In this document: positions 1-11,621 of the stretch, one piece after another
Layout: every line of letters starts with the position of its first letter
Numbering within the stretch: position 1 is the stretch's first letter
NCBI GenBank assembly: GCA_963740815.1
Contig: CAVUFG010000018.1
Span: forward strand, 1,041,426 to 1,105,425
Origin: an uncultured Actinomycetota bacterium
Lineage (GTDB): Bacteria; Actinomycetota; Actinomycetes; Actinomycetales; Microbacteriaceae
Length of the DNA: 64,000 nucleotides
Direction of reading: 5' to 3'
Notes under the pieces: generated by a model
The model's input: the letters and a program-made list of their open reading frames with translations, nothing else
What the model was told of the DNA's origin: nothing
Databases searched by the model: none
Position numbers and translations under genes: made by a program

Positions 1-777
1 CTTGCCGACGTTCGGACGACCGAGGATCGCGACCCGGCGCGGTCCCCCGACCTCCTCCTTCGCGACGGCGGAGATCTCGGGCAGCACGCTCATCACGTGG
101 TCGAGCAGGTCGGCGACGCCGCGTCCGTGGATGGCGGAGACCGGCCACGGGTTGCCGAGACCGAGGCTCCACAGCGCGGCGGCCTCGGGCTCCTGGCGCA
201 CGTCGTCCACCTTGTTGGCGACGAGGATGACGGGCTTCTTCGTCGCGCGCAGCAGGCGCACGACGTGCTCGTCGGTCGAGGTGGCGCCGACCGTGGCATC
301 CACGACGAACAGCACCGCATCGGCGAGGTCGATCGCGATCTCGGCCTGGGCGGCGACCGCGGCGTTGATGCCCTTCGCGTCGGGCTCCCACCCGCCGGTG
401 TCGACCACGGTGTACTTGCGGTCCATCCACTCGGCCTTGTAGTTCACGCGGTCGCGCGTAACACCCGGGGTGTCTTCGACCACGGCCTCGCGGCGGCCGA
501 TGATGCGGTTCACGAGCGCGGACTTGCCCACGTTCGGGCGTCCGACGATCGCGAGCACCGGCAGCGCGGGCAGGTAGACGATGCCCTCGACGCCCTCGTC
601 GACACCTTCGAGGATCGCGACATCCTCGTCATCGAGGTCGTAGTCGGCGAGGCCGGCGCGCAGGGATGCGGCGCGGCGCTCGGCGTCGGTCTCGTCGATC
701 GTGGCGATGCGCTCGGCGAGTGCGGCATCCAGCTCTGGGATGTCGTCGTCGAACGCATCCTCGGTGACGTCAGCCAT
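1..777 (-). CDS. der: Ribosome biogenesis GTPase Der (EngA), 5' part; runs off the window start
   Basis: Manual translation from ATG at 777 gives an acidic N-terminal extension, then [24 protein letters not shown] and a second GRPNVGK at the window edge. Follows cmk. Confidence 0.93.
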   Translation of the reverse strand, partial: MADVTEDAFDDDIPELDAALAERIATIDETDAERRAASLRAGLADYDLDDEDVAILEGVDEGVEGIVYLPALPVLAIVGRPNVGKSALVNRIIGRREAVVEDTPGVTRDRVNYKAEWMDRKYTVVDTGGWEPDAKGINAAVAAQAEIAIDLADAVLFVVDATVGATSTDEHVVRLLRATKKPVILVANKVDDVRQEPEAAALWSLGLGNPWPVSAIHGRGVADLLDHVMSVLPEISAVAKEEVGGPRRVAILGRPNVGK

Positions 778-790
778 GGCGGTGCTTCCT

Positions 791-1465
791 TTAAGTGTGG
801 GTGCTCGTCCTGACGAGCTGGACGACGGCGGCGACCGTCTGGTCGAAGTCGAGCCCCGTCGAATCGATGGTGGTGACGCCCTGCGCGGCGTTCATGAAGT
901 CCACGACCGTGGAATCCTGGGCATCGCGCGAACTCAGGTCGCGCGCCGTGGACTCCGCGGAGACCCCGGCGAGCTCACCGGCGCGCCTGGCCATTCTAGC
1001 TTCCTGGGATGCGGTGAGCAGAATCCGCACTGCGGCGTCGGGCGCCACGACGGTCGTGATGTCGCGCCCTTCCACCACGATCCCGGGCTTCGAACTGCTG
1101 CCGATCACGCGCCGGAACAGGTCGACCAGGTAGCTGCGCACCTCGGGCACCCGTGCGACGCTGCTCACGATCGCGCTGACGCGCGGCTCACGGATGTCGC
1201 TCGTGACATCCTCACCGCCGACCCGCACGAAGAAGCGATCTGGATCGATGCCGATGGAGTACTCGAAGGAGGACAGGCTCTCGACCACGTCACTCGGCCC
1301 GTGGGTGTCGATGCCCTCGTCGAGGCACCGCCACGCGAGCGCGCGGTAGGCCGCGCCCGTGTCGAGGTAGTCGAACCCGAGCTCCTTGGCCGCGGCACGG
1401 CTGACTGACGACTTGCCACTGCCGGCCGGGCCGTCGATCGCGACGACGATGGGTGCTTCGGTCAT
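791..1465 (-). CDS. cmk: Cytidylate kinase
   Basis: [21 protein letters not shown] and VVEGRDIT motifs. Confidence 0.95.
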   Translation of the reverse strand: MTEAPIVVAIDGPAGSGKSSVSRAAAKELGFDYLDTGAAYRALAWRCLDEGIDTHGPSDVVESLSSFEYSIGIDPDRFFVRVGGEDVTSDIREPRVSAIVSSVARVPEVRSYLVDLFRRVIGSSSKPGIVVEGRDITTVVAPDAAVRILLTASQEARMARRAGELAGVSAESTARDLSSRDAQDSTVVDFMNAAQGVTTIDSTGLDFDQTVAAVVQLVRTSTHT

Positions 1466-2553
1466 GCGAACGTCTCCGAGATCTTCCAGCCCCGCGCCTC
1501 GAGTTCGGCCACGAGTCCCTGCTCGGCCTCGGGGAGCACCGCGATCTCGGCGAGGCCGATCTGCGCTCCGGGCGAGTGCTCGAGGCGGAGGTCCTCCATG
1601 TTCACGCCGAGCTCGCCGATCTCGGTGAGCAGGCGCGCGAGTTCGCCGGGTGTGTCATCCACCTTCACGACGATCTGGCTGAAGTGGCGCGCCTGGCCGT
1701 GCTTGCCCGGGATGCGGGCGACGCCCGCGTTGCCGGCGGCGAGGGCATCCGCGATCGCGCGACGGGCGCCGGGCGCATCCGGGTTGTCGAGCGCGTCGAT
1801 CATCCGATCGAGGTCGTCGCGGTAGGCCCGCAGGATGTCGCTGATGTGCTCGGCGTTCGCCCCGAGGATCTGCACCCACAGCTCCGGATCACTGGCCGCG
1901 ATCCGAGTCGTGTCGCGCAGCCCCTGCCCGGCCAGTCCGACGGCCGGTTCGGTCGCGCCGCCGAGCCGACGGGCGAGCAGGGATGACACCACCTGCGGCA
2001 CATGCGACACGAGTGCGACGCTCTCGTCGTGCTCGTCGACCGACATCGCGACGGGCACCGCGCCGAGTTCGAGCGCGAGGTCCTCGATCAGGCGACGCTG
2101 CGCGGTAGTGGTCTTGGCGTGCGCGGTGATCACCCATGGACGGCCGAGGAACAGGTCGGCGCGCGCTGCGATGGCTCCGCCACGCTCGCGGCCGGCGAGC
2201 GGGTGCGAGCCCAGGTAGCGGGAGGTGTCGGCGCCGGCGCCGCCGAGCTCTGAGAGGATGCCGCCCTTGACGCTCGCGACATCCGTGACGAGCGCGTCGG
2301 GCCAGCTCGCGAGCTCGTGCGCGACCACCTCAGCGGTGGCGTCCGGTGGCACCGCGACGATCACGAGCCGTGGAGCATCGCCGTCGGCGGGAAGCCGCCC
2401 TGCGCCGTAGTCGATCGCGAGCCGCAGGTTGGTGCGGGAAGCGTCCGTGAGCACGACGTCAACGCCCGCCGCGACGAGCGCGTGGCCGATGCTCGCGCCG
2501 AGCAAACCGGCGCCGACGATGCGCACCTGCCCGTCGATGCGGCTCTCGCTCAC
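1462..2553 (-). CDS. tyrA: Prephenate dehydrogenase with C-terminal ACT-like domain
   Basis: GAGLLG Rossmann motif, DVASVK, HPLAGRE, SHVPQ, DTTRIA. Confidence 0.9.
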   Translation of the reverse strand: MSESRIDGQVRIVGAGLLGASIGHALVAAGVDVVLTDASRTNLRLAIDYGAGRLPADGDAPRLVIVAVPPDATAEVVAHELASWPDALVTDVASVKGGILSELGGAGADTSRYLGSHPLAGRERGGAIAARADLFLGRPWVITAHAKTTTAQRRLIEDLALELGAVPVAMSVDEHDESVALVSHVPQVVSSLLARRLGGATEPAVGLAGQGLRDTTRIAASDPELWVQILGANAEHISDILRAYRDDLDRMIDALDNPDAPGARRAIADALAAGNAGVARIPGKHGQARHFSQIVVKVDDTPGELARLLTEIGELGVNMEDLRLEHSPGAQIGLAEIAVLPEAEQGLVAELEARGWKISETFA

Positions 2554-3401
2554 GCGCGTGCCCTTCCGTCTGCTCGATCGCCATCCCGAGGCTCCGGCCC
2601 GTCGGGCGCCGCGCCACCGGGCGTCCGTCCCAGGGTCAGCACCTGGCCGAGTTCGAGCTTACTGAGGTCGCGGGTGCGTCCGGAGGGCAGGCTGCCGAGG
2701 TGCAGCGGACCGAACTGGCGACGCACGAGGTCGATCACGGGATGCCCCACCGCGTCGAGCATGCGACGCACGATGCGATTGCGGCCCGAGTGCAGCGTGA
2801 GTTCGACCAGGGTCGTACCCTTCGAGGATTCGAGCGCGCGGGCCTTGTCCGCCGCGATCGGTCCATCGTCCAGCTCGATGCCCTTCGTGAGCTTCGAGAT
2901 GGTCTGCGCGGTGACCGTGCCGCGCACCTTCGCGATGTAGGTCTTCGTGACGCCGAACGACGGGTGCGCGAGCACGTGCGCGAGTTCGCCGTCGTTCGTC
3001 AGCAGGAGCAGTCCCGAGGTCTCGGCGTCGAGCCGCCCCACGTTGAACAGGCGCTCCTCGTACTCGCGGGTGAAGGTCGTGAGGTCGGGGCGGCCCGATT
3101 CGTCCGCCATCGAGCTCACGACGCCGACCGGCTTGTTGAGCATGATGTAGCGCTTCGTCACGTCGAGCTGGATGGCCGTGCCATCCACGGTCACACGATC
3201 GGTCGGCAGGATGCGACGGCCGGGCTCATCCACGACGACGCCGTTGACCGTGACCCGCCCCTGCGCGATGAGGTCCTCCGAGACCCGCCGGGACGCGACG
3301 CCCGCCGCCGCCATCACCTTCTGCAGGCGCTCGCCCTCCGGATTCGAGGCCTCCGGGTTGCCCTCGGACGCCGGCGGCTCAGCGCTGGTCGTCGAAGCCA
3401 T
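2550..3401 (-). CDS. rluB: 23S rRNA pseudouridine synthase (RluB/RsuA family)
   Basis: S4 domain ERLQKVMAAAGVASRR, catalytic VGRLD, GRNRIVRRM; scpAB context. Confidence 0.9.
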   Translation of the reverse strand: MASTTSAEPPASEGNPEASNPEGERLQKVMAAAGVASRRVSEDLIAQGRVTVNGVVVDEPGRRILPTDRVTVDGTAIQLDVTKRYIMLNKPVGVVSSMADESGRPDLTTFTREYEERLFNVGRLDAETSGLLLLTNDGELAHVLAHPSFGVTKTYIAKVRGTVTAQTISKLTKGIELDDGPIAADKARALESSKGTTLVELTLHSGRNRIVRRMLDAVGHPVIDLVRRQFGPLHLGSLPSGRTRDLSKLELGQVLTLGRTPGGAAPDGPEPRDGDRADGRARA

Positions 3402-4035
3402 CGGAGCCGTCCGCGAGCAGCGGCGAGATCAGCGGCAGCTCCTCGATCGAGTTGATGCCGAGCTGCACGAGCAGCAGGTCCGTCGTCTCGTAGTGGATGG
3501 CGCCGGTCTCGCTGTCGGTGAATGCCTCGGTGATGAGCCCGCGACCGAGCAGCGTGCGCACGACGGAGTCCACGTTGACGGCGCGGATCGACGCGATCGC
3601 ACCGCGGCTGATCGGCTGCTTGTAGGCGATCACCGCGAGCGTCTCGAGCGCAGCCTGGCTCAGGCGGGTCGGGTTCTGGGTGAGCACGAAGTCGCGCACG
3701 ACGTCGTCGTGCTCCGGGCGCACGTAGATGCGCCACCCGCCGCCCACCTCGCGCAGCTCGAAGCCGCGCTTGGTGGTGCCGGCTGTGCCGTTTCCGACCC
3801 CGTCGTAGTCATCGACGAGTCGTTCGATGGTCTGGCGCACCGCGGCGACCGGCGACGCGAGCGACGTCGCGAGCGAGACGAGACTCTGCGGCTCGTCGGC
3901 CACCATCAGGATCGCCTCGAGGGCGCGCTCCAGGTCCGGCGGCGCGGAGCGTTGGGCGGCCGCCTCGACGACTCCATCGTCCGGGGAGGTCTCGACAGGC
4001 TCGACCCGCTCTGGGGTCTCCGTGTCAGTTGCCAT
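3379..4035 (-). CDS. scpB: SMC-Scp complex subunit ScpB
   Basis: ALEAILM, LSQAALETLAVIAYKQPISR, IRAVN motifs. Confidence 0.93.
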   Translation of the reverse strand: MATDTETPERVEPVETSPDDGVVEAAAQRSAPPDLERALEAILMVADEPQSLVSLATSLASPVAAVRQTIERLVDDYDGVGNGTAGTTKRGFELREVGGGWRIYVRPEHDDVVRDFVLTQNPTRLSQAALETLAVIAYKQPISRGAIASIRAVNVDSVVRTLLGRGLITEAFTDSETGAIHYETTDLLLVQLGINSIEELPLISPLLADGSDGFDDQR

Positions 4036-4840
4036 AGTCCGCTCCAAGATTGGCCAACGAGTCGTCGGTCCAGTGCTCCGCCGTCCAGCGTATGGTCAGT
4101 TCGCCGAGGGGCTCCACCTGCTCGAACGCGAGCGCCGCCCCACGGTAGAGCTCCAGCACGGCGAGGAACCGCGCGACGATGACGCCCTTGACCTCCGCAC
4201 CGGCGATGAGCTGCCGGAAGGTCATCGGTTCGCCCTTCCGCAGGAGCGTGACGACGTAGGCCGCCTGCTCGCGGATGCTGACCAGCGGGGCGTGCAGGTG
4301 GTCGAGGCCGACGGACGGGATCTCGCGTGGCGCCATCGCGAGGGCGGCGAGCGCCGCGAAGTCCTCGGGGGTCAGGGTCCAGACCAGCTCGGGCGTCTGC
4401 TTGCGGTACTTCTCCTCGAGACGCACGGAGCGCACGTGGCGGGAGGTCTCCGCCTCGATGCGTCCCGAGAACCACTGCGCGGCCTCCTTGAACGCCCGGT
4501 ACTGCAGGAGGCGGGCGAAGAGCAGGTCGCGGGCCTCGAGCAGCGCGACATCCTCGGCGTCGACCAGCTCGCCCTGCGGGAGGAGCCCCGCGACCTTGAG
4601 GTCGAGCAGGGTCGCCGCGACCACGACGAATTCGCTGGCCTGGTCGAGCTCCTCCTCGGAGTCGATGCCCTTCAGGTAGGTGATGAATTCGCTCGTCACG
4701 ATCGAGAGCGCGACCTCGGTGATGTCCATCTCGTGCTTCGCGATGAGCGAGAGCAGCAGGTCGAACGGACCGTCGAAGTTGCTGAGGCTCACGGAGAACC
4801 CAGCGGTGGCCTCGGTCTCCACCTCGTTCACGAGGCTCAA
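4025..4840 (-). CDS. scpA: Segregation/condensation protein ScpA
   Basis: FDGPFDLLLSLI N-terminal motif, ARFLAVLELYR C-terminal motif. Confidence 0.93.
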   Translation of the reverse strand: MSLVNEVETEATAGFSVSLSNFDGPFDLLLSLIAKHEMDITEVALSIVTSEFITYLKGIDSEEELDQASEFVVVAATLLDLKVAGLLPQGELVDAEDVALLEARDLLFARLLQYRAFKEAAQWFSGRIEAETSRHVRSVRLEEKYRKQTPELVWTLTPEDFAALAALAMAPREIPSVGLDHLHAPLVSIREQAAYVVTLLRKGEPMTFRQLIAGAEVKGVIVARFLAVLELYRGAALAFEQVEPLGELTIRWTAEHWTDDSLANLGADYGN

Positions 4841-5724
4841 GCGGCGGCACCCCTGGCGATGAGCTCGCGGGCCAGCTGGCGATAGGCCTCCGCGGCCGAG
4901 TGCTCGGGGGCGAACGTCGTGATCGGTGCGCCGGCAACCGACGCGTCCGGGAACTTCACCGTGCGGCCGATCACGGTCTCGAGCACCTTGTCGCCGAACG
5001 TCTCGACGACGCGCTCGAGCACCTCACGGGAGTGCAGGGTGCGCGCGTCGTACATGGTGGCGAGGATACCGTCCAATTCGATGGCCGGATTCAGCCGGTC
5101 GCGGATCTTCTCGATCGTCTCGATCAGCAGGGCGACGCCGCGCAGTGCGAAGAACTCGCACTCGAGCGGGATGAGCACACCGTGCGCGGCCGTGAGCGCG
5201 TTGACCGTGAGCAGCCCGAGCGAGGGCTGGCAGTCGATGAGGATGACGTCGTACTGGTCGGAGACCTTGCGGAGCACGCGCGCCAGGATCGTCTCGCGCG
5301 CGACCTCGTTGACGAGGTGCACCTCCGCGGCGGAGAGGTCGATGTTGGCCGGGATGACGTCGAGCCCCGGCACCGATGTTTCGATGATCGCCTCGCGCGG
5401 ATCCTTCACCGTGCCCAGCAGCAGGTCGTAGATCGTCGGCACGTCGTGGGTCGGCACGCCGAGCCCGGCGGAGAGCGCGCCCTGCGGGTCGAAGTCGACC
5501 GCGAGCACCTTCCGGCCGTATTCGGCGAAGGATGCACCGAGGTTGATGGTCGTCGTGGTCTTGCCCACTCCGCCCTTCTGGTTGCACAGCGTGATGATCC
5601 GCGCCGGCCCGTGCGTCTTGAGCTTGGGAGGGGTGGCGAACTCGGTCAGGGGGCGGCCGGTCGGCCCCATGACGGGCGGTTCGAGCCCGGTCAGGACCGC
5701 GGAATCCTCGCGGTGCGCTGTCAT
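4837..5724 (-). CDS. ParA/Soj-family ATPase
   Basis: NQKGGVGKTTT deviant Walker A, DFDPQG, IDCQPSLG; TAGACT-N6-ATG suggests a leaderless start. Confidence 0.92.
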   Translation of the reverse strand: MTAHREDSAVLTGLEPPVMGPTGRPLTEFATPPKLKTHGPARIITLCNQKGGVGKTTTTINLGASFAEYGRKVLAVDFDPQGALSAGLGVPTHDVPTIYDLLLGTVKDPREAIIETSVPGLDVIPANIDLSAAEVHLVNEVARETILARVLRKVSDQYDVILIDCQPSLGLLTVNALTAAHGVLIPLECEFFALRGVALLIETIEKIRDRLNPAIELDGILATMYDARTLHSREVLERVVETFGDKVLETVIGRTVKFPDASVAGAPITTFAPEHSAAEAYRQLARELIARGAAA

Positions 5725-5887
5725 GGGGGCAGTCTACGTCCGGCTTCGTGCGGGTTCCGGGCGCACCGCGCGGGGGCGGAACGGGTTCACCTCGACCATA
5801 GGTTGAGGGTTGAGCGCGAGGTCGGTTCGGAAGGCCCGCACCCTCGACACGTGCCCGTGCAACACCCGCCATACGGACGCCGTGCCT

Positions 5888-6016
5888 GACTCGCGCCGAA
5901 TCGCCGCTCCGAAGGACCATTCGACGCAACTCGCCAACGGGAGTGGGCTGATCTGACGCTGACCTGCGCCAAATGGCCATTCACGAGCCCTCTCGAGGAC
6001 CATTCGACGCAACTCG
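5888..6016. repeat. Two tandem imperfect palindromic (REP-like) units containing a perfect 21-nt direct repeat AGGACCATTCGACGCAACTCG
   Basis: Identical 21-mers at 5913-5933 and 5996-6016, each preceded by an imperfect inverted partner (e.g. TGCGCCAAATGGCC). Confidence 0.75.
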
Positions 6017-6026
6017 AGCGAACGAG

Positions 6027-7019
6027 CTATCGCGCACGCGGATGCGCGGTCGTGTACATGTCCCGAAGGCTGTCGGCGGTGACCAGCGTGTAGATCTGCG
6101 TGGTCGCGACCGACGAGTGCCCGAGCAGTTCCTGCACCACCCGCACGTCGGCGCCGCCGGCGAGCAGATGCGTGGCGAACGAGTGTCGCATCGTGTGCGG
6201 CGACACCTCGATGCCGAGCTGTGCGCGCTCGGCCGCCGCGCGGATGATGAGCCACGCACTCTGCCGCGACAGCCGACTCCCCCGCACCCCGAGGAACAGC
6301 GCGGGGGTCGCGCGTCCGCGGTGCGACAGCACGGGGCGCCCCCGCACGAGGTAGGCCTCGAGCGCGGCCCGCGCGAAGCTGCCGACCGGCACGATCCGCT
6401 GCTTGCCGCCCTTGCCGAACAGGCGCACGACATCGCCGTCGATCACGTCGTCGACGTTGAGGTCGACCGCCTCCGAGACGCGCGCGCCGGTCGCGTAGAG
6501 CAGTTCGAGCAGGGCCTTGTCCCGCAACTGGTGCACCTCATCGCCGTCGGTGGCGGCCAGCAGTGCCTCGACCTGCTCGATCGAGATGGCCTTGGGCAGT
6601 CGCATCCCGAGCTTCGGCGGTTTCGTGTCGATCGAGACGTCGAGCTCCGCGAGCCCCTCCTCGACCAGGAAGCGGTGGAAGCCGCGCACCGACGACAGCA
6701 TGCGACCGACCGAGGATGCCGCGAGCGGCGCCTCCTCGCGAGCGCGCAGTTCATGCGCGAACCCCGCCACCGCGGCGCTCGTCACCTCGGACGGCGACGT
6801 CATCCCGCTGAGCACGAGATGCTGCTCGTACGCCCCGAGATCGCGGCGATACGCGGCGAGCGTGTTCACGGACAAGCCGCGTTCGATCGCGACATGCCGC
6901 AGGTAGCGGTCGATCGCCACGCCGATGGGCGTCGGCGGCGCAGGCGGCGCTGGAGTGACGTCGACGTCGACGTCACCCGGCTGCGACTCGTTTAGCGCAG
7001 GCCCGGGTGCCTGGTCCAT
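6027..7019 (-). CDS. xerD: Tyrosine recombinase XerD (true start may be a downstream GTG)
   Basis: [46 protein letters not shown]; conserved position after pyrG-NUDIX. Confidence 0.93.
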   Translation of the reverse strand: MDQAPGPALNESQPGDVDVDVTPAPPAPPTPIGVAIDRYLRHVAIERGLSVNTLAAYRRDLGAYEQHLVLSGMTSPSEVTSAAVAGFAHELRAREEAPLAASSVGRMLSSVRGFHRFLVEEGLAELDVSIDTKPPKLGMRLPKAISIEQVEALLAATDGDEVHQLRDKALLELLYATGARVSEAVDLNVDDVIDGDVVRLFGKGGKQRIVPVGSFARAALEAYLVRGRPVLSHRGRATPALFLGVRGSRLSRQSAWLIIRAAAERAQLGIEVSPHTMRHSFATHLLAGGADVRVVQELLGHSSVATTQIYTLVTADSLRDMYTTAHPRAR

Positions 7020-7630
7020 GGCTCGTTCGCGTCACCGAGGGTCTGCCAGCCGCGGCTGCGGCCGGCCTGCGCCGCGAGCGCGGCGATGCTGAGGATCGAG
7101 TTCTGGGCGTCGCGAGCCAGCACGGCATCCACGACGTCATCGAGGGGCGCCCAGCGCAGCTCGATGCCCGCCTCCTCCTCGGTGCGGGTGAACACGTCGG
7201 GTGCGGCGCTGACGCCACGCGCGAGGTACACCCGGATCACCTCGTTGCTGCCGCCGGGCGAGGTCATGAACTCGCACAGCAGCGACCACTGCTCGGCGAC
7301 GAGGTCTGCCTCCTCGGCGAGTTCGCGCTTGGCCGCGAGCAACGGGTCCTCGCCCGTGATGTCCAGCAGGCCGGCCGGAAGCTCCCAGTCCCGTTGGCGC
7401 ACGGGGTGGCGGTACTGCTTGATGAGCAGCACCCGCTCCCGTTCATCCATTGCGAGCACGGCGACCGCGCCGGTGTGATCGACGTACTCGCGGGTGACCT
7501 CGCCGTCGTCGAGCCGGAACACGTCGCGGCGGATGTCCCACACCTTGCCGTCGAAGACGACGTCGCTCGAGACGAGGTCGGGCTCGAACGGGTCGTCGAC
7601 CAACCCGGTGCCGTCGAGGCCGTCAGCCAA
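6992..7630 (-). CDS. NUDIX hydrolase (ADP-ribose pyrophosphatase-like)
   Basis: ELPAGLLD...AKRELAEEA Nudix box, QYRHP, SPGGSNE; start estimated at TTG 7630. Confidence 0.88.
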   Translation of the reverse strand: MADGLDGTGLVDDPFEPDLVSSDVVFDGKVWDIRRDVFRLDDGEVTREYVDHTGAVAVLAMDERERVLLIKQYRHPVRQRDWELPAGLLDITGEDPLLAAKRELAEEADLVAEQWSLLCEFMTSPGGSNEVIRVYLARGVSAAPDVFTRTEEEAGIELRWAPLDDVVDAVLARDAQNSILSIAALAAQAGRSRGWQTLGDANEPWTRHPGLR

Positions 7631-7632
7631 GG

Positions 7633-9360
7633 TCAGGCACCCGCGGGCTCCGGCACCTCGAAGAGGCGACTCGCCTGCTGGCGCTCGAGCGCGGCGCCGA
7701 CCAGCCCGCGGAACAGCGGATGCGCGTGGTTCGGACGCGACCGCAGCTCGGGGTGCGCCTGGGTGCCCACGTAGAACGGGTGCACGTCGCGCGGCAACTC
7801 GACGTACTCGACCAGGTTGCGGTCGGGAGAGAGTCCGGAGAACTGCAGACCGGCTGCGGCGAGCTGTTCGCGGTATGCGTTGTTCACCTCGTAGCGGTGG
7901 CGGTGGCGCTCGGCCGCTCGCGGCGCTCCGTACAGCTCGGCGACGATCGAGCCGGCCGCGAGATCCGCCTCGTAGAGGCCGAGGCGCATCGTGCCGCCGA
8001 GGTCGCCGTGGTCGATGATGTCCACCTGCTCCGCCATCGTGGCGATGACCGGGTACTGCGTGTCGGGGTCGAACTCGGAGGATGACGCGTTGGTGAGGCC
8101 CGCGACATCCCGCGCGTACTCGATCACCATGCACTGCAGGCCGAGGCAGAGCCCGAGCACCGGGATGCCGTTCTCGCGTGCGAACTTCAGCGCGCCGAGC
8201 TTGCCCTCGATACCGCGCACCCCGAACCCACCGGGAACGCAGATGCCGTCGAGATCGGAGAGCATGCGCGACGCACCCTCGGGCGTCTGGCACTCGTCGG
8301 AGGCGATCCAGCGCACGTTGACCTTGGCCTGGTGGGCGAACCCGCCGGCCTTGAGCGCCTCGGTGACCGAGAGGTACGCGTCCGGCAGGTCGATGTACTT
8401 GCCGACCAGCCCGATCGTGATGGTGTGCTTCGGGTCGTGCACGGCGGTGAGCAGGTCGCGCCAGCCGTCCCACACCACGTCGCCGGCGTCGAGGCCGAGC
8501 TGGTCGATGATGTAGGCGTCCAGGCCCTGGTCGTGCAGCATCGTGGGGATGTCGTAGATGGATGGCACGTCGATCGCGTTCACGACCGCCGCTTCATCCA
8601 CGTCGCACATCAGCGCGATCTTCCGCTTGTTCGCCTCGGAGACCGGACGGTCGGAGCGCAGCACGAGCGCGTCGGGCTGGATGCCGATCGAGCGCAGCGC
8701 CGCCACGGAGTGCTGCGTCGGCTTGGTCTTCTGCTCCCCCGACGCGCCCATGTAGGGCACGAGCGAGACGTGCACGAAGAACACGTTCTTGCGTCCGAGC
8801 TCGTGGCGCACCTGGCGGGCGGACTCGATGAACGGCTGGCTCTCGATGTCGCCGACGGTGCCGCCGATCTCGGTGATGATCACGTCGGGCCGCGGGTTGC
8901 CCTCGTCGAACGGGCCCTGCGCCTGCAGCCGCATCCGGCGCTTGATCTCGTCGGTGATGTGCGGGATCACCTGCACCGTGTCGCCGAGGTACTCGCCGCG
9001 GCGCTCGCGCGCGATGACGGTCGAGTAGATCTGGCCGGTGGTGACGTTGGCCGCCTGGTCGAGGTCGATGTCGAGGAAGCGCTCGTAGTGGCCGATGTCG
9101 AGGTCGGTCTCCGCACCGTCATCGGTGACGAACACCTCGCCGTGCTGGAACGGGTTCATCGTGCCCGGATCGACGTTGAGATAGGGGTCGAGCTTCTGCA
9201 TGACGACCCGCAGACCCCGCGCGGTGAGCAGATTGCCCAGACTCGCGGCGGTGAGGCCCTTTCCGAGGGATGAGACCACACCCCCGGTGACGAAGATGTG
9301 CTTGGTCACTGCTTCAGGCTGAGCCTGTCGAAAATGCGCCGCTTCAGAATTGATCACCAC
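7633..9360 (-). CDS. pyrG: CTP synthase
   Basis: [40 protein letters not shown]. Confidence 0.97.
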   Translation of the reverse strand: MVINSEAAHFRQAQPEAVTKHIFVTGGVVSSLGKGLTAASLGNLLTARGLRVVMQKLDPYLNVDPGTMNPFQHGEVFVTDDGAETDLDIGHYERFLDIDLDQAANVTTGQIYSTVIARERRGEYLGDTVQVIPHITDEIKRRMRLQAQGPFDEGNPRPDVIITEIGGTVGDIESQPFIESARQVRHELGRKNVFFVHVSLVPYMGASGEQKTKPTQHSVAALRSIGIQPDALVLRSDRPVSEANKRKIALMCDVDEAAVVNAIDVPSIYDIPTMLHDQGLDAYIIDQLGLDAGDVVWDGWRDLLTAVHDPKHTITIGLVGKYIDLPDAYLSVTEALKAGGFAHQAKVNVRWIASDECQTPEGASRMLSDLDGICVPGGFGVRGIEGKLGALKFARENGIPVLGLCLGLQCMVIEYARDVAGLTNASSSEFDPDTQYPVIATMAEQVDIIDHGDLGGTMRLGLYEADLAAGSIVAELYGAPRAAERHRHRYEVNNAYREQLAAAGLQFSGLSPDRNLVEYVELPRDVHPFYVGTQAHPELRSRPNHAHPLFRGLVGAALERQQASRLFEVPEPAGA

Positions 9361-9440
9361 GGGGTTTCATCGTATCGCAAGGAATGGTGTGCTCGGCGTG
9401 ACGCGCGGTACGCCGCGGGCGAACCGCTACAGTTCCTCAC

Positions 9441-9881
9441 ATGGTGACCCGAAGCACCACCCGATTCGCCCTCGCCCTGACCCTCGTCGCGCTCAGCACG
9501 GCCCTGGTCGGATGCTCCGCGCCGGTGAGCGTCGCGAACGACACCTCCGCGGGCGGCCCGCCCGGATTCGACGGCTCCGGCGGCCTCCTCAACGGCGAAC
9601 CGTCGGCGATCTGGATCAGCGGTCGTCGGGAATTCGCGATCGTGACGTTCGGCAGCTCATCCTGCCCGCCGGTGCCCACCGCGATCTCATCGAGCGACGC
9701 GACGCACATCGCGATCACCTTCGTTCGCTCGCCCAACTCGCCGTGCACGGCCGACCTGGCGCCCACGACCCACAAATTCGATCTTCCCGAGGGCGTGGAT
9801 GCCGCGGGCGAGGTCGCCGTCGACGTGACGTACGACTTCGACGTGGACTACGCGTACCCGCTGGTGCTGCCCGCGCCGTAG
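9441..9881 (+). CDS. Secreted lipoprotein of unknown function
   Basis: Signal peptide with LVGC lipobox; GSSSCPP and CTADLAP Cys pair; TACAGT-N7-ATG leaderless promoter. Confidence 0.8.
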   Translation: MVTRSTTRFALALTLVALSTALVGCSAPVSVANDTSAGGPPGFDGSGGLLNGEPSAIWISGRREFAIVTFGSSSCPPVPTAISSSDATHIAITFVRSPNSPCTADLAPTTHKFDLPEGVDAAGEVAVDVTYDFDVDYAYPLVLPAP

Positions 9882-9929
9882 CGGACTCCCCCACGCAGGC
9901 CTTGGCCCGTGCGAGCCCGTTCGTACCGA

Positions 9930-11621
9930 TCAGCTCGTGCGCGCCGTCTCGATGAGCTCCCGCGCATGCGCGAGCCCCGTGTCGGACTCCGCGAGCCCGG
10001 ACAGCATCCGGGCGAGTTCCTGCACACGCCCCTCGTCGTCGAGCTGCTGCACGCTGCTCGCCGTGTAGGAGCCGTCGCTCGACTTCACGACGGTCAGGTG
10101 GTTGCTCGCGAAGGCGGCGACCTGGGCGAGGTGGGTCACGACGATCACCTGGGCAGTGCGGCTCAGCGCAGCCAGCCGCCGGCCGATCTCGATCGCGGAG
10201 GCGCCGCCGACCCCGGCGTCCACCTCGTCGAAGATGAACGTGGGCACCGGATCGCTGCCCGCGATGACGACCTCGATCGCGAGCATCACGCGCGAGAGCT
10301 CGCCGCCAGAGGCGCCACGACCGAGCGGCCGCGGCTCGGCACCGGGATGCGGCTTGAGCAGGATGGACACGGTGTCCTTGCCGGTCGCGGAGTAGTCCTG
10401 GCGGTCTTCGACAGTCACGAGCACCGCGGCATCCGGCATCGCGAGCGCCGTGAGCTCGCCCGTAACGGCGTCGCCGAGGCGCTGCGCCGCTTCGCGGCGA
10501 ACATCGCTGAGGCGACCGCCGAGCGCGATGACCGACGCGCGCGCCGCCTCGACGCTCGCAGCGAGTCCGGCGATGCGGTCGTCGTCGTTGTCGATCTCGA
10601 GCAGCCGTGCGCTGCCGGTGTCGAGGAACGCGACCACCTCGTCGAGACTCGGCCCGAACTTGCGCACGAGTCCGGCGAGCGTCGCGCGCCGCTCCTGCAC
10701 GGTCTCGAGTTCGCGCGCGCCGTCGGCGTCGAGCGTCGCGAGGTAGCTCGCCAACTGCCCCGTGAGCTCATCCACGGCGAAGGACGCCGCAGCCAACGAC
10801 TCCGTGATCGGCCCGAGCGCCGCGTCGTGCCCCGCGACGCGGTCGAGTTGCCGCCGCGCCGTCGAGAGGAGCCCCTGCACGTCGCTGCCGTCATCCGAGG
10901 TCTCCGACGACAGGATGTCGTGCGCCTGAGCAGCAGCCAACCGGAGGTCTTCGAGGTTGCCGAGCCGGTCCGCGCGCTCGGCGAGCTCGCGATCCTCGCC
11001 GGAGCGCGGCTGCACCGCCTCGATCTCGGCGATCGACGCGCGCAGCTCGTCCGCCTCGCGCGCCCGCCGATCCCGCTCGGCGACGAGCACGTCGAGCTCG
11101 CCCTGGTCGTCCTGCCAGCGCTGGAACTCGGCCTGGTACTGCTCGAGCACCGTGGTGAGCGGGCTGCCGGCGAACCGGTCGAGGGCCTCGCGCTGCGCGG
11201 TGGATGATCGGAGCCGCAGCTGGTCGGACTGCCCGTGCACGACCACGAGCTGCTGCCCGATCTCGTTCAGCACGCCCACCGGGGTGCCCCGGCCACCGAC
11301 GGTGGCGCGACTGCGGCCGTCCTGCGCGACGGAGCGACCGAGGATGAGCTCGCCGCCGTCGAGGTCTCCGCCGGCGTCGCGCACGCGCTCGGCGACCGGT
11401 CCGTGCTCATCCACCTGCCAGCGCCCCTCGACGATGGCCTGGCCATTGCCGGAGCGGATCGAGCCGCTGTCGGCGCGCTCGCCGAGCAGCAGTCCGAGCG
11501 CGGTCACGACCATGGTCTTGCCGGCACCGGTCTCACCGGTGAGGGCCGTGAAGCCCGGTCCAAGGGGCAGGCGGGCCTCGCCGATGACCCCCAGGTTGAC
11601 GATGGAGATCTCCTCGATCAC
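9930..11621 (-). CDS. recN: DNA repair protein RecN
   Basis: TGETGAGKT, VHGQ, ASGGELSR, FDEVDAGVGG; GTG start at 11621 overlaps the NAD kinase stop. Confidence 0.95.
   Translation of the reverse strand: MIEEISIVNLGVIGEARLPLGPGFTALTGETGAGKTMVVTALGLLLGERADSGSIRSGNGQAIVEGRWQVDEHGPVAERVRDAGGDLDGGELILGRSVAQDGRSRATVGGRGTPVGVLNEIGQQLVVVHGQSDQLRLRSSTAQREALDRFAGSPLTTVLEQYQAEFQRWQDDQGELDVLVAERDRRAREADELRASIAEIEAVQPRSGEDRELAERADRLGNLEDLRLAAAQAHDILSSETSDDGSDVQGLLSTARRQLDRVAGHDAALGPITESLAAASFAVDELTGQLASYLATLDADGARELETVQERRATLAGLVRKFGPSLDEVVAFLDTGSARLLEIDNDDDRIAGLAASVEAARASVIALGGRLSDVRREAAQRLGDAVTGELTALAMPDAAVLVTVEDRQDYSATGKDTVSILLKPHPGAEPRPLGRGASGGELSRVMLAIEVVIAGSDPVPTFIFDEVDAGVGGASAIEIGRRLAALSRTAQVIVVTHLAQVAAFASNHLTVVKSSDGSYTASSVQQLDDEGRVQELARMLSGLAESDTGLAHARELIETARTS

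Noticed and set aside
5913-6016. 21-nt direct repeat pair as a mini-CRISPR or a Xer/dif site
   Set aside because: Only two copies, a 62-nt gap, no cas genes, and no resemblance to the AT-rich dif consensus
6027-7019. Tyrosine recombinase as a prophage or island integrase
   Set aside because: Housekeeping XerD in the conserved pyrG-NUDIX-xerD-parA-scpAB context with no cargo genes
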